Shown piece after piece: positions 43,831-58,548 of a stretch of 64,000 bases of DNA. Position numbers and translations under genes: made by a program. The stretch comes from the human T2T-CHM13v2.0 reference genome, Homo sapiens. The stretch is taken from assembly GCF_009914755.1 (NCBI RefSeq), contig NC_060930.1. The stretch is one strand, 5' to 3'. Numbering within the stretch: the first letter of the stretch is position 1; each line of letters begins with the position of its first letter. The notes under the pieces were generated by a model, which was not told where the DNA came from, ran no database searches, and saw only the letters and a program-made list of their open reading frames with translations.

Positions 43831-45889
43831 AAGATTACATATATTCATAATCAAATATTATACCCTTTATTTAATAATTGATAACTGACAATTATAAATT
43901 CACATGAAAAATAATATCTATACAGCAATAAAAGTTGATTTTATATATCTTTTCAATTTCTGTGGTAAGCTGAAAAATATTCTATGCTGAGGCTCCCTCT
44001 TACTAGTACAGATTTACTAGATATTTAGGGATAAATTGGATAAAATATTATAATAAGAAAGTATGATAGATAATTAAAGATGTGACTCAGTGGTGAACTG
44101 TCTAGCATGTATTGTGTGCTAGTATTAATGGGCTGCTCATTGAAGGAGGAGAAATCACTGATCCATTTCATTGATTAGCTAACCTCCTTGTGAAACTGTA
44201 GAAATTGTATCTGATATTATATTTTCATGCCTGGTTTTATTTTACTCAGAAGTGCTTTAATAAATGTCATATTTTAATATTAAGAAGTTTCAGCATGTTG
44301 GAATATTCTGCAGATTTAACAAAAGCTTAGCAAAGCATTTTAATATATAAGTACATTTCGAATAAAGATTCAGTATATTAGTTTTTCATTCCAAAACAGA
44401 ACTCTTTAAAATTAACATTACATTACAATGATAGGCAAAGTGATTAGAGACCAAATATGCTTTGCTATTTTAAAAGAATACAATCATTAGCAGAAAATGA
44501 TTTGTAGTGCAATTTTACTTCACTTGGGAGAAAAACAATTCCCTTTCATATTTACTAAATTTACTTAAGAATGTAGCTAGAAAAAACAAGTTCTGTAGAA
44601 GTATAATGCTTAGTATTCTCTTTCATGGTTTTAAAAGATGCTATTAGACACAGGTCAGAGGTGCAATTAAAGCTAAGGGAAGTATATTTCATAATAAAGA
44701 AATTTATTGCAATTTTGATAACATGAAATTTCATAAGCATTCATGGGAAAATATAATTTGGAAAATTATATTTAAAGCTTACACAGCTTTGCTAGTATTT
44801 AATGCTTTAGAGACAAGATGGCCCAACACAATTAGCCAAGTCCTGAGGCAGCATTAAAATGCTGAAATATGGGATTGTAGGAGCTTACCAAGTCAGAAAT
44901 TTTCAAAAATAATTTTGATTCATTGAAATATAATTTCACTTATAAAATGTTATATAGTTAGCAAGATAGTTTGTGTATATTTTGTATCATGTAATAATTG
45001 CTAAATAAAATAGCAGTAAATTCAATCTACTTATCACGTGTTATGAGGAGGGCTTATAAAAAGATCTACAATATACAATTCATACCCTTGAGAAAATATA
45101 TGAATTAGTATTTATATATGTCTCTTTTAAATCAGTACATCTCAATATGTGGCATATGCATTAAAATCATTAGAATTACCTGCATACTTATAAAAATGTA
45201 TATAACTGGTCTCCACCAAGTTTGTCTACAGAATCAAAACTTCCTGAGTGTGGTTCTCAGTATTTGCATTGTAACAAGCACCTAATATCAACTTTGAGAA
45301 GATATTTTGAGAATAGAAGAATCAAACAGTAGGCAACAGTAATATATTATTTGTTGATTATGTATATATCAATCACAATAGGTGAGTCATTGATCCCAGG
45401 AGCATTCCCCAATAAAATTCCTGCATATGTATCTCTGTCTCAGAGTCTGTTTATCCTTGGAACTCAATCTCCAATGTCTGGATATGACTGAGCTCACTAA
45501 TTAGTGCTCTTCTTATTTCTTCTCTCTATATTTGTTTTGTTAGACACAATTAAGGTGGTGTTTGTTTATTAAGTTTAATTACAAGACAAAAATTATAATA
45601 TCTGAAATTTCACTGACAAATTTAGATTTCTGACTAGACTTCTGGAATTGACATTTCTGACCCCACTGGGCACTTACGCATCTTCAGCAAGAACAGGGAA
45701 GTGATTACTCCTTATAAAGGAGATATTCCCTCTCCAGGTCCCTGTGGTCCACACAACTCCACACTGCATCAACATTCATTGATCAGTTTTACAGGAATTT
45801 GTTAAACTAACTGGTCAGTTACTCAGGTAAATGTCCAAACTATCTCTTTTTGAGATTAATGTTGGCTTTTAGAAATGTTAGAAAATTAG

Positions 45890-46090
45890 AAAAAGCCATA
45901 AGGCATTTTGATTAAGAGCACAATTTGGGGTTTGATTACTGCCACTGTATGACCTTGGGTTATTCAAACTCTTTATACATTAATTTCTTCATATTTATAA
46001 TGAGGACATTAATACTACTTACGTTATAGAGCACTGTGAAGATTCATTGAATTAATGAATGAATAATGAATGTAAAAAACAATACAAGGC
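45890..46090 (+). mobile_element. MIR
   Basis: 'ctgccactgtatgaccttggg...aatttcttcatatttataatgaggacattaatactac...gtgaagatt'. Confidence 0.65.
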
Positions 46091-49000
46091 TCAATATGTC
46101 ATAAGCTAAGCACACAGGCTTTCACACTGTACAGATGCATACACGCACATATTTTATAAACACGCAAACATGTATGTATACACATATATACAGATGCATA
46201 AAATTTACACTGTATGTAATTTTAAAATTATATATCTGTAAAGTATACTATATAATTTACACTGTAGGAAAGTGAGATAAAAGAAGTAAAGTTTAAGATG
46301 GAATTTGAAGAAAAAATATAGCATTAATTACTATTCTTTTTAAAATTTAGGAAGAAATATTCCAACAAAAACTTAGAGGGAAATTTTGTATCGCTTAAAA
46401 TCTACTGCAAGCAATTCCTTTTTTTGTCTTGTTTTATAAAATATAAAGCCCCCCAGGAAGGCCAAAAGATTTATTATTTCATAGAGGGGTGCTTTTCTGA
46501 TAAATATACTGGAGTTTTGCAGAGGCATACTCTTCATTAATTAATTTCTAAGTCTGGATTTACTAAATCATGCTCCTAAGGAACATGCTCTTCCCAGCTT
46601 TAGTTTTTGGTAAGGGAATATTTTAAAGCAGTGCACGTAGCTCAGGTTATATCAATGACTGAATTAGAGAGGCATACTAGTGACTATTTAACTCTGATTA
46701 TACCTTCAGAATTAGGACCCATTTTCATGAACTCATTGTATCAAATAGGGATTAAATATTCTCTTTGGATTTAGTGATTCAAATAAATCCCTGAGGGAAG
46801 CCTTCCAAAAGTCACCTACAGATACTTTTACTCACTATGGTAAGCAGTTTTACAGATTCAGGGAGCATACTGTCCCCCATCTGTGCTTTACGTGTGTGTG
46901 TGTTTTACTAGCACTATGAATGAATATGTCAATTATCACTTTTTGAGGGTCACATAGAATAGCAGTTAATCAAGTTGGGCATTTTCAGTGGACTTAATTT
47001 AAAAGTTTGAATGAAGATTTTATTAATATGGTATTCAAAGGGGAAACCAAAAAAAGATGTGAAAACTTTTTGGTTTTGCTCAATTGCTTTCAATTAAAAT
47101 AAACAACTTCAAATGCATAACATAGAATTTTTTGATTATACATATTTAAGCATTTTAACAAAATAATTTATTTCTACATATTCGTCTCTTTATGAAAGAA
47201 ACAAATAAGCAGACTGTATTAATCAATTAAATGTAAAGGCTCTAAAATTTAGGAGTAAACACATGATTCCTTGCTAAGCTGGCCTTTTATCCACCTCAGT
47301 GGGGACTTAAATACTGGAATCCAATGGGGTAAAACGTTTTCGAGTGCATTTAGGACTCTTGTCATTCTTCCACGAATTCTTTCCTTCTTTCTCTTAATAT
47401 TCTACTCGATTACCATCCACCACTTCTTACAGTTTAGCTCAAGAAACCAAAATAATGATACCAAATATACAGAATATAAAGTTCTGGGAAATGTGCATGT
47501 TTATTGTACACGTACAAATATATACTATTCATTAGGTACTAAGTTTTAACACACAAAGTAGCATGTTTTTCCTGGCCTACTAGAATCAAGATTTTGGAAA
47601 GGCAGATGTTTGACAATTTTATTTACATTTTCTCAGATTTTATTTTTAAAATTAAAAATTCCATCTGGATTAAAATGTATTTCTACAAGGTTAGGAAATC
47701 AAAAATGAAAGGACTCTACCCTTAACTGATCATACTGGCTTTCATACAGTGCTGCTCTTTAGCATCTTTCAGTTTGATATCATTTTTGGATGTAGCTAAA
47801 TGCCAGATACCCTGACAAACATATATTCTACCAGCTGGATCTCCATCTGCTCAACTAAACATTTTCACACCAAATCTGTATAAAAAGCTATGTTTTCAAA
47901 GAGAGTTATCTACAACTGAAATATTAAAATCTTAACTCCAGGAGACCCTCCATTACATATTTCACATGTATTAAATCATGAATACAAAACTACCTCCAAG
48001 TATTATCAGTGGTCTGCTTTCCGTTGCCAGAAGTTATCTTAAACCATCCATGAAGGGGCAGACAGACTCTTTTGAGCACAACAAATATTTTTGAGATTTT
48101 TCACCTAAGGCAGAAGTATTGCTACTGTCTTTTGATGTGTTTCCTTACAAAAATACTGCAAAATTACTGTTAATGGATAGACTGATTTTTTAAAAATCTG
48201 CATTAAGTTTGTCCTGGGATAACTTCCTTTACCAACATATGAGTATATTAACTAACATAAAATATGCCTCTAATTAAATCCTCATAATATTCATCAGAAT
48301 CTTTTTAATTGAGCTCTGATTATACAAGAGTGGCAAAGAAAATCTCAGGTAATTTAAAAAAGTTTCTATCTGAAAATAAAATTGATCCTCATAAACATCA
48401 GTGCCACTAGATTTTCTAGCTTGGGGAAGTCATCTATAAACCGTTATTAGATTTTTGTAAACCCAAGGGCAGATGAAAGGCATGAAATACAATAATCTAA
48501 CAGGATTGGCCTTGAGGCAAAAATGGGATCACAGAACTCATACAACATGTAAGTGCACAATAAGTTAAATCTGGAAGAAGGAAACTAGACCCTCTCAACA
48601 TATGTATCCTACCTCTTAAATAATATCAGTTGCCACACTCTAAAAAAATATGCGTGTAAGTGTGCTACAGCAAGTAGGGGAATTCCATTCTTTGAGACTG
48701 CAGAAACATGATCAAGAAAAGAGGGAATCAAGGGTGCCTTCAACACGTATACAGAGAAAGACAAATATTCACTATTTATCACCAAGGCAAACAAACATAA
48801 AAGCATTGAGAACTTCATAATTTTTTACAAATCAAGGCCTTGGCCAGGAAGCTGAGTAAAATGTTTCTGTGTATTCATAGTAAGAATAGAAGCAAAAGAG
48901 GTTCATATTGTAGAGGGCAGAAGGGATATGTGCAAGCCTTTTATTGATAGATTTTTCACTCACTATTTTATTTTGTACTTATTAATAACAATCCTGAAAA

Positions 49001-50197
49001 AAGGCATTTTTTTTCCAGTGAACCTACCTTTTCTAAAACTGGGGTTATGTAGTATAAAAAATGAGAGTGTATGGGAGGAGAATGAGAGAGAGTGGGTGTA
49101 CAGACAGAGACTGAGTGAAGATTCTACCAGCTGAAGAAATATTTAGAATTGCCAGGAATAATATATGCATATAGGGAAACACTTGTTACAAAATAAGCTA
49201 TAGCTCAATTTTAACCCTAAATTCAAAGGACACAATCAATGGAATTCAGAAACAATTGGTCCTAAGTGTTTTCTATATTATAGAAACTTCAGCATTATCT
49301 CACTTATTCTTTTTTAATAAATAAAATTATTTAAGTGAGGAGTTCATCACCAAGTCCTTCTAAAAAGATATATGCCTCTTTATCAAAACAAAAGCCAGGC
49401 TTATTTAGCTACATAATATAGGCCAAACCAGTGATGCGCAAGTGACTTAAAATAAATATCTTCTATGATCAATTGTCTAAAATTTTCTGTAATTGTAAGC
49501 TTTGTTTAAAATAGTAAAATTTAATATCTATCATCCAACTATACTCCACTCCTTCCCACCTTCTACATTTTCTAATCTTACCAAAATATATCTACCTAGA
49601 GAATCAAGGTAAAAATAATAGATAAGATAAATGAAGGAAATTTTAAAAATTCCAACAAAATGAACCACCACTTTTCTTGGTATTGAAAACAGGTGTACAT
49701 TTAACCAAGGTTAACTGCAGTGCAGTAAAAAACTGTTACGAATCTACTGGTATACTTAATATTTTATATTTACTAGACACACTTTGAAGTTTCTAAATAT
49801 ATCTAAGTGGCTAAAAAGAAGGACTTCATATCTTGAAAATTTCAATAAAGAAAACTTGCTTAATTCAAACATTTGCCAAGAAAAATGGTTATCATCAAAC
49901 ACAGGATATTAAATAATTATCTGTTTGCTCTGCTGGCTCAAGATAGATGTAGTGCTGATGCCCACACTTGCTGAGAAAAAAATGACACAACATCCTCTCT
50001 TCGCCATCAATGAGATCTAACAAAGAGTCAAGAATAATAATTCTAGATTTATAAACTGCCTGCTGTGTTCACCAAACATTAGTTACATAGCAGATAATTC
50101 TATTCATAGTCTAATATTCATGTAATGAAAATCTCATAAGAACGCTAAAGAATTATGCCGTGGTAATAGTGGGAAGTAAAAAGGAAAGAGATTAAAA

Positions 50198-50312
50198 TCT
50201 GTCTCTCCCTATAGTCTAAGTTCCATGAGAGGCTATGTTCATGTCACCACTGAATATCCAGCCCTCAGCAAATTACCTGGCATACAGTAAGCACTCAATA
50301 AGTATTCAACAA
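50198..50312 (+). mobile_element. L2 3' end
   Basis: 'aagttccatgagagg...cctggcatacagtaagcactcaataagtatt'. Confidence 0.7.
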
Positions 50313-51169
50313 ACAAGTAAAATCACAACCCTAATTTCAATAAAACACTGCACAACATTCAGTGTCATCTTAAACATATTAAAGAGTGATTTTAAATGAA
50401 TGCTCTATTTATATAAAATATACGAAGATAGTTTCTTGTGTTAACTGTTAAATATCTAATGAATGGCATAACTAGAACTTACTTAGGAGAAAGGCTGACT
50501 AGAAAGTGACCTAAAATTATCTCTATGTGAAGATTTCCAGTTTCACTGAAAATTATAAGTAGAAGCAAGTTTTAAAACTAAGAAATTATTTGTTCACTGA
50601 AACTGAAAGGTAAGGTCTCTCCTCTTCATTGTTTTTAGCAAGTGAGTTTCCTGCTAATACAGGAATAGATCCTGGGATCCCATCATAGCATATGACGTGT
50701 TTGGACTAAAATCTTTCAGAGAATCTATTCTGTGAACAGAGGAATCTTGTCTTTATTTCATACTAACACACATCCAGCGGTGAGCAGAATGACTCATGAC
50801 AGGTGCTTAATATTTATTAAGCACATCAATGAATGGGCAGAAACAACAGAAAGACATATTGTAACTGAATATAAGAAAGAACTTTCTAAGATATAAAGCT
50901 GCAAATTTTTATTGTTGTATCTTCTTAGTTTTCTCCAACTTAGCCAAACCCATTCTTTCAACTGGTATCCATCTTACATGATTGTGAGTTACCTCATATT
51001 TCCCATCACTTTAAAATACATTTGTATGACGGTTAATCTGTGCTATCTAGAATTGGGCACAATATTCCCAGTTGGAAGTGGCATGTGCCGAGCAGAGCTG
51101 AGTATCAGCCACCTTTACTCTATAAATCAGTGCAGTCTAAGACACATGAGATGTTCTGATGGCCACTAG

Positions 51170-52458
51170 ACTCATACTGAATTGATTATATCCAAAGTTC
51201 AGTTCTCACTCCTCACCTTGCAGAGCTATCAACATTTGGGACAGATCATTGCCTCCTCCTTGAAATAACTTTCTTTGCTTTCTGAGCATCAAATTGAATT
51301 TTTCTATTATCTCAATGGCCATTCATTCTCTGTCACTTTTCCTGATTGTTCTTCATCATCCAGTGCCCTGGCACTCACACCTCAACCCTGGTTTTTATTC
51401 TATTTATACTCACTTCCTTTTATCTCATTTAGTTCATGACTTTAAATTCCATGTCGATGCTGAAAACTCCAGATTTACATAATTAACCCCAATATCACAC
51501 ATAAACTAGAGGCAACTGTAGCATCTTAAACATAGCATGACAGAAACTGAGTTCCTAAACTTCTTCAAACCTGTCTCTCCCACAAATTTTTCTGTCTAGA
51601 GTTACTAGTTATTTCATCTTTTCAAAAGTTGCATAGGTTTAAAATACTCAAGGCTTCCCTTGGCCACTGTCTTTCTGTCATATTCCACATTCAGTGTGCT
51701 AATCTTGTTGACTCTGTATTCAAAATGTATTCAGAATTCACTACTCCCTACCATTCCATTGCTACCACCCTAGTGAAAGCCACCTTCTAGATTATTGCAA
51801 TAGCCTCCTAAACTAATCTCTTGCTCCTGAGAACCCCTCTTAGCTATTCTTAACACAGCAGCGAGATTGTTAATGAGATGGTTATGAAAGTATATTCATG
51901 TCATTCTTCCGTTTAAATCCCTCCAATGGCTTTCAGTCTTCATCTAAAGCCAGTGGTTATAATGACTTGCAAGGTCTAACACAGTGTGTCCTTGCAACTC
52001 TGTTAACACCCAACTTCCATTTATTCTACTCTCCTCCTTTCTCTCTTCACACCAGATACACTTATCTCCCCCACTGAACATGCTAAACATGCTCTTTCCT
52101 TGGGACCTGCACAGGCTGTTCTCTCTGTCCAGAACACTCTTCTTCCGTTTGGCTTTGCTTTCATATCTCACTCAGGCCTTTATTCAAACGTCATTCCAAT
52201 AAAGCCTTTCCTGGAAATTTTTAAAAACTGTAATCCCTTGACACTCCATTCATGGCTTTCCTATGTATTTTGTTTGAACAACATCATCTAATTTTTTATA
52301 TTTTACACATTTAGTATATTTCTGTCTGTTCTACTTGCACTCCACTTCTACTAGAAACTTTTTAAAGACAGAGATTTCTTTTTTTGTCTATAGCTTTTCC
52401 CAGCATCTAGAGTAATGTATGAAACATGTGAAATGCTGAAAAAATATCTTTGAATGAT
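51170..52458 (+). mobile_element. L2 fragment (about 1.3 kb, degenerate)
   Basis: 'gatcattgcctcctccttgaaa', 'ctagattattgcaatagcctcctaa', 'ccctccaatggcttt', 3' end 'tatctttgaatga'. Confidence 0.7.
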
Positions 52459-54169
52459 ACAACAATATATGAGAGTTTTAAGGGAAAACATTTCACTGGT
52501 GACTTTTCAAGTATTAGCCAGCTGGGAAATGTTTTGGCATGATGGAATCCACACTTTTCTAAAGTGCATCATAAGTCATACTTTAATCATCTTTCCTCAC
52601 CCAAAATAGAGGTAATCTGGTCTTTCTTACCTGACTTTATTATCTTGGATACCAAGATTTCTCCTAGGACATTGGTTCCTGAGTCATGGCAATTTTAATG
52701 CATCAAAGGGGCACTATTCAATCTGGGTAATAATATATTCTCATTAGCGAATTCTCATAGAAGCCCTACATAATCAATGTGCTCCCTCTAAGCACATATC
52801 TTAAATAATAGGGAGAAAGAGGAATAGAAAATGGCATGGTCTCCTTAAAAGACTACATGGGCAAAATAATACTTTGATTATACAATAAAATAGACCAAAT
52901 ATGAAAAGTACTATTTTCTAATTTAAAGATAACATTATTAAGGAGGGAAGAGAAAAACAGCAAGTCAAGGTCACATTTTGCAGAATGAATTAACCAAAAC
53001 TGCATTATAAAAATCCATATTCATCTGTTAATATTAAAAATAACTTTAACAATAACATATACACACAAATAACTAACTCTTCAGGGAACTAAAGTGAATA
53101 AAGTGATGTAGGGTATTTTTTTCATTACCAATAACTTTTAACTTTTGTTTCCTTTAAGAATTTTATATTTTAGTGTCAGACTGAATGAAAATCCTCTTTC
53201 TTCAGATCTGCATTGTAATAATATAAGTAATACACACCAAAGATAAATAACTGCAGAGTATGACCTACAAGTTCTGAATGAGACACTGGCCACTAAACAT
53301 TTATCATACTTTTAAAATCAGAAGTAACTGAAATGTTTAATTGCTAATCGTTATTTATTTCAAACAGAAAGTTTAAAAGCTTTTGTTAATTAGTATATAA
53401 GCCAGATTATAAGCAATATTAATGTAAATATGAAAATACAATTATCATTTTTAGACATGCTAACTAGCAACAGCATATGGGCCAAGAACTGTTCCAAGAA
53501 TTTTACTTCACACCTAATAAAGAACATGAGTGCTATGCCATGAACTGTGTATGAATCCTGACATCTTTGATTTTTCAAATACTTTTCCAACACAGCTATT
53601 CTTTGTATACTTTTTTTAAAAAAGGAGACATTGCTTAAAGAATACATTGTATCCATTATAGAGTATGACTGACTAAATAAACTTAGTAACTTCATTGATT
53701 TTCTCAAATAATCTTATTGTCTCAAATATTTTAAATTATATTTTGTATAAATACTTTTGTTATATATATGTTCTACTTTATACAAGGAGACTGCGGCAGA
53801 ACTGGAAAGTGAAAACAAGTCTCTTGCTTCACAGCCCATCTTCTTTCCATTACACTCATCAGCTGAAGTGAAATTAAAAAAAACAAAAACAACAAAGACT
53901 CATTCTTGGAGCTGAAGATACTGAACAAGAATACTAATTAATTATTAGCAATGTAAACTCTCACCTAAAGTATAAGCAGGTTTATCTTTTTACACTAGTT
54001 AGAAGAAAAACTATATTTTGGAGGAATTGAGAAAAATGCCACAGTCAGTGGAATGAGAGAAGGAGATAACTAAAGAATTTGAAATAATTCTTGTTATACA
54101 ATGTCAAACATAGCAATTAAATTGTTTTCAAACAGTACACAAAATGGTAATCATAGGATGAAAGTGACT

Positions 54170-54808
54170 CTTTTTAATTGACACATAATAATTTTACATG
54201 TTTATGAGGTACACAGTGATATTTTGATATAAGTATAGAATGTGTAATGATGAAATTAGATTGATTAGCATATCCATTACCTCAAACATTTGTTAATATC
54301 ATTTCCTTGTGCTGGGAACATTCAGAATCCTCTCTTCTAGCTATTTGAAAATATAAAATAAATTATTGTTAACTATATCACACTACAGTGTTATAGAACA
54401 CCATAGCTTATTTCTCTTATATAGCTATAAGTTTGTGTATGTGAACCAACCTCTATCTTCCTCTCTCCCCTAACCTTCTCAGTAACCACTATTTTACTAT
54501 CTGCTTCTATTAAAGATTTTAGCCCTTACATATAAGTGAGAACATGTAGTAGTATTTGTATTTCTGTACCTCACTTATTTCACTTAACATAATGTCCTCC
54601 AGGCTCAACAACATTGCTACAAATAACCAGATTTCTTTCTTTTTTATGGCTGAATAGTATACCATTATGTAGATATATACCACATTTAAAAAATCTATTG
54701 ACCTGTTGATCGATACTTAGGTTGATTTCATATCTTCGCTATTGTGAATAGTGCTACAGTAAACATAGGGGTGCAGATAGCTCTTCAATATGCTGATTTC
54801 CTTTCTGA
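54170..54808 (-). mobile_element. L1MA (about L1MA4-6) 3' fragment
   Basis: 'tttttaattgacacataataatt...ctcttctagctatttgaaaatat...cttatttcacttaacataatgtcctccagg...gctattgtgaatagtgct'. Confidence 0.85.
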
Positions 54809-56880
54809 AAGTTATTTATCCAAGCCAATCAACAGCATTTTCTCCAAGGGCAAAATATTTACTTTTCTCTTTTTTATGTTACCTTGGGTATCAGCTGAGA
54901 AGGCATTTCAAAAGGTGTAAAGCATTTATTAACTCCTTACTCTATAACTGATCTTAGGACTTTGCTGTATGGAGAACATGCACACCTACCCACAATATTG
55001 AACATTTCTTAACTGGCTTTTCATTAGATGATCGGTCTGTTTAGGTTCACAGTCAAGAGTGGGCATATATGTCAAACATTTTGATAAACTAATGGCTATT
55101 TGGAGAAAAGTATTGCAGATGCCAAATTGTAAAATTAGCAACATGGAAATGCAGTAAATCTGTAAAAGTTTAGTTATAACTTTGGCAACAAAAGTATAAG
55201 TTACAATATTAAAAATGAAGGATATCACTGTATTTTAAGAAAAGAAGTAAACAGAGATGGCCTAAACAAGTCTCCCTAGTTTTATATTCCACATATATAG
55301 TCACACCACTATAATAAAATCGTGTTTTTTAAGATCTTCAATAATATCTTTCTTGCTAAACACAAAGGTCTTTTCTCAGTTTTCTTTACCTTTAATCCCT
55401 TTCCAAATTTTGCAACTCCTGAATACATGCCTTCCTGAAATATGCAGATTATATATTTAGCAGAAAAATACAAAAAAAAAAATTCAGAGCTTTTAAAAAC
55501 CAAACCTAGACATGAGTCTTACTTTTTGATTTATAACTTATTTAGAAACAGAGATTCTGTCTAGAATGCATACTAAATTTATTTCATGTACACACATAAA
55601 CATTTTTTCAAAGAAATGATCATGGAGAGTTAAGGAAATCATCTGAATACCTAAGGACAAATTATTACTTTACATGAAATATACAAACAATTGAGGCAAT
55701 GTTGCTTTCTCATCCAATAACTTCCCCATGTAATTTGTATGTGTGTGGCAAATAGCAATTCAACCATATTATACCTTGTTTAGTTTATCAATTAATTATT
55801 TCTTCAAAGATACGTACTTTCTATTTTTCAGCTACTATTGTAAACCACTATGTCATTTTATCTTTTCATAGCATCCACAAGCAAAGGCTGAATTAATAGG
55901 CTTTCATTATATAACTCTGCTTTAAGGCAAATGTAGACAACATGCCACATTGCCTCACACAGTTCAGTTCAATAGAAATAATATATTAATCTATTTTCTC
56001 AGAAAAATACATACTATACAACTGCTACACACCTGACATTGTTAGGTGCTTGACTTTTTTGTTGTTCACTGATATCACGGGAAACAGGTACTTGACTTTT
56101 GATAAGACTTTTAGTAATAGCACTTGTTTAAAAATATTCTCACAGAATTGGTTTCAAAGTGTATTTACAGTGAAGCTCAATTGCTTGTCAGCATCATGGC
56201 TAAGATTAAGTGTAGTACAGTGGAGCTCAGTGGACCCGGTGGAAGGTGACAAGGAGAACTGAATAAAGCAAGCAAAAAATAAACAAAAAAACTTGAGAAA
56301 AGCAATAATTTGATAAAAATGTTAATAAAATAAAATAAGTACAATAATGGTAACTATAACTCTTTTCACCCCAACTCAGGCAAATTATATTTCTAGTAAG
56401 TACTATAAATAATGAACAGTTATCTACAGAACATGAGCTTTGTATATTTGTAATCTTTTATCTGATACATACTTATATTACAAATTCCATCTCTCTCTTT
56501 GCTAAGTGGCTTATATATTTTTATATGCAATTTATAGGAACTCAATTATAATGTTAAATTTAATTTTTGTGCTATATGGTAATATATATGTGCATGACAA
56601 AAGTAAACAAGTTTATAAAAACATTGTTTATTGTGCACATTGGATTAATACATCTCAAATTCTGAAGACAAAAGCAAGAGCTATTTCAGAAAATGCCTTA
56701 AAATTTCAATACAATTAAGTAAAAAATATGATTTAGAGTATTTTTGAATTTCAAATAAACTGATATGATCAACATCGTGATATGGCAGATTTAAAGCAAT
56801 TAACTTGTGCAGAGTATTAATTTAAACATAAGAAATGCTGGCTCAAATTCATCAAAATAATAGAAACTAATTTCATATTT

Positions 56881-58548
56881 ATTTTTATGTTAAATTTATA
56901 TCGTTTTAAACTTTTATTTTAGATTCAGGGGTACATATGCAGGTGTCTTATTGGTACATTTTGGGTCATGGTTGTTTGGTGTACAGATTATTTCATTACC
57001 CAGGTAATAAGCATAGTATCTGACAGGTATTTTTTCTGATCCTCTCCCTCCTCCAAAACTCCACCCTCAAGTAGCCCTGATATCTGTCATTCCCTTCTTT
57101 GTGTCTCTCTGTACTCAGTGTTCAGCTTCCACTTGTAAGTGAGAACATGTACCATTTGGTTTTCTTTTCCTGCATTAATTTGTTTAGGATTATGGCCTCC
57201 AGCTCCATCCATGATGCTTCAAAGAACATGATCTCATTCTTTTTTAAGGCTATGTAGTATTCCATGGCATTTATGCACCACATTTTCTCCATGCAGTCTC
57301 TAACACTGATAGTCATTTAGGTTGATTCCATGACTTTGCTACTGTAAATTGTGCTGTGACGAACATACGCATGCATGTCTCTTTATGGCAGAATAATTTA
57401 TATTCCTTTCATTATATATCCCATAATGGAATTGTTGGATCAAATGATAGTTCTGTTTTAAGTTCTTTGTGAAATCACCACACTGCTTTCCACAATGGCT
57501 GAACTAATTTACATTCCCACCAGCAGTGTATAAGTTTTTCTCCAAAACCTCACCAGCATCTGTTATTTTTTGAGTTTTTAATGATATCATCCTGACTGTT
57601 GGGAGATCTCATTGCAATTCTGATTTGCATTTCTTTAATGATTAGTGATGTTGAGCATTTTTTTATGTATTTGCTGGCCACCTGTATGTTCTCTTCAAAG
57701 CATCTCTTCATGTCCTTTGCCCACTTTGTAATAGGATTGTTTAATACTGCAAACTAGACAGGTGAAAGATCTGTACAATGAGAATTACTAAACACTGCTG
57801 AAAGAAATGAGAGATAGCACAAGCAAATAGAAAAACATTCCATGCTAAATGATAGGAAAAAATCAATATTGTTAAAATGGCCATTTGCTCAAAGCAACTT
57901 ACAGATTCAGTGTTATTCCTATCAAAATACCGATGAAATTGTTCACATAATTAGATAATACCATTTCAAAATTCATATGAACCAAAAAAGAGCTGACTTA
58001 CTCAGGACAATTCTAGGCATCATGTTACCAGACTTCAAACTATATTACAATGCTATGGTAACCAAAGCAGCATGGTATTGGTACAAAACTAGACAGAATA
58101 GAGAGCCCAGAAATAAAGCTGCACACCTATAGTCATCTGATCCTTGACAAAGTCAACAAAAACAAACAGTGGGGAATGAACTATTTATTCAATAAATGGT
58201 GCTCGAATAACTGATTAGCAGAGGACTGAAGCTGGACCCCCTCCTTACACCGTATACGGAAATAAACTCAATATGGATTAAAGACTTAAATGTAAAACCT
58301 AAAACTATAAAACACTGGAAGATAACCTAAGAAATACCATTCCAGACATAGGCCCTGGCAAAGATTTCATGATGAAGATGCCAAAAGCAACTGCAACAAA
58401 AAAATTGACAAATGGGAGGTAATTAAAGAGCCTGTGCACAGCAAAAGAAACTATCAAGAGAGTAAACAGACAACCTACAGAATGGGAGTAAATATTTGCA
58501 AATTTGGCATCCAACAAAAATCTAATAGCCAGAATCTATTAGGAACTT
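56881..58548 (-). mobile_element. L1PA15/16-like element with 5' inversion (twin priming)
   Basis: - strand 3' part 56881-57742 joined to + strand ORF2 part 57743-58548; 17-bp TSD aaactaattt(c/t)atattt at 56864-56880 and 58549-58565. Confidence 0.9.

Noticed and set aside
54986-55040. - strand frame reading ...KPVKKCSIL, resembling a CAAX-box small-GTPase tail
   Set aside because: Followed by Trp rather than a stop, and there is no upstream GTPase similarity
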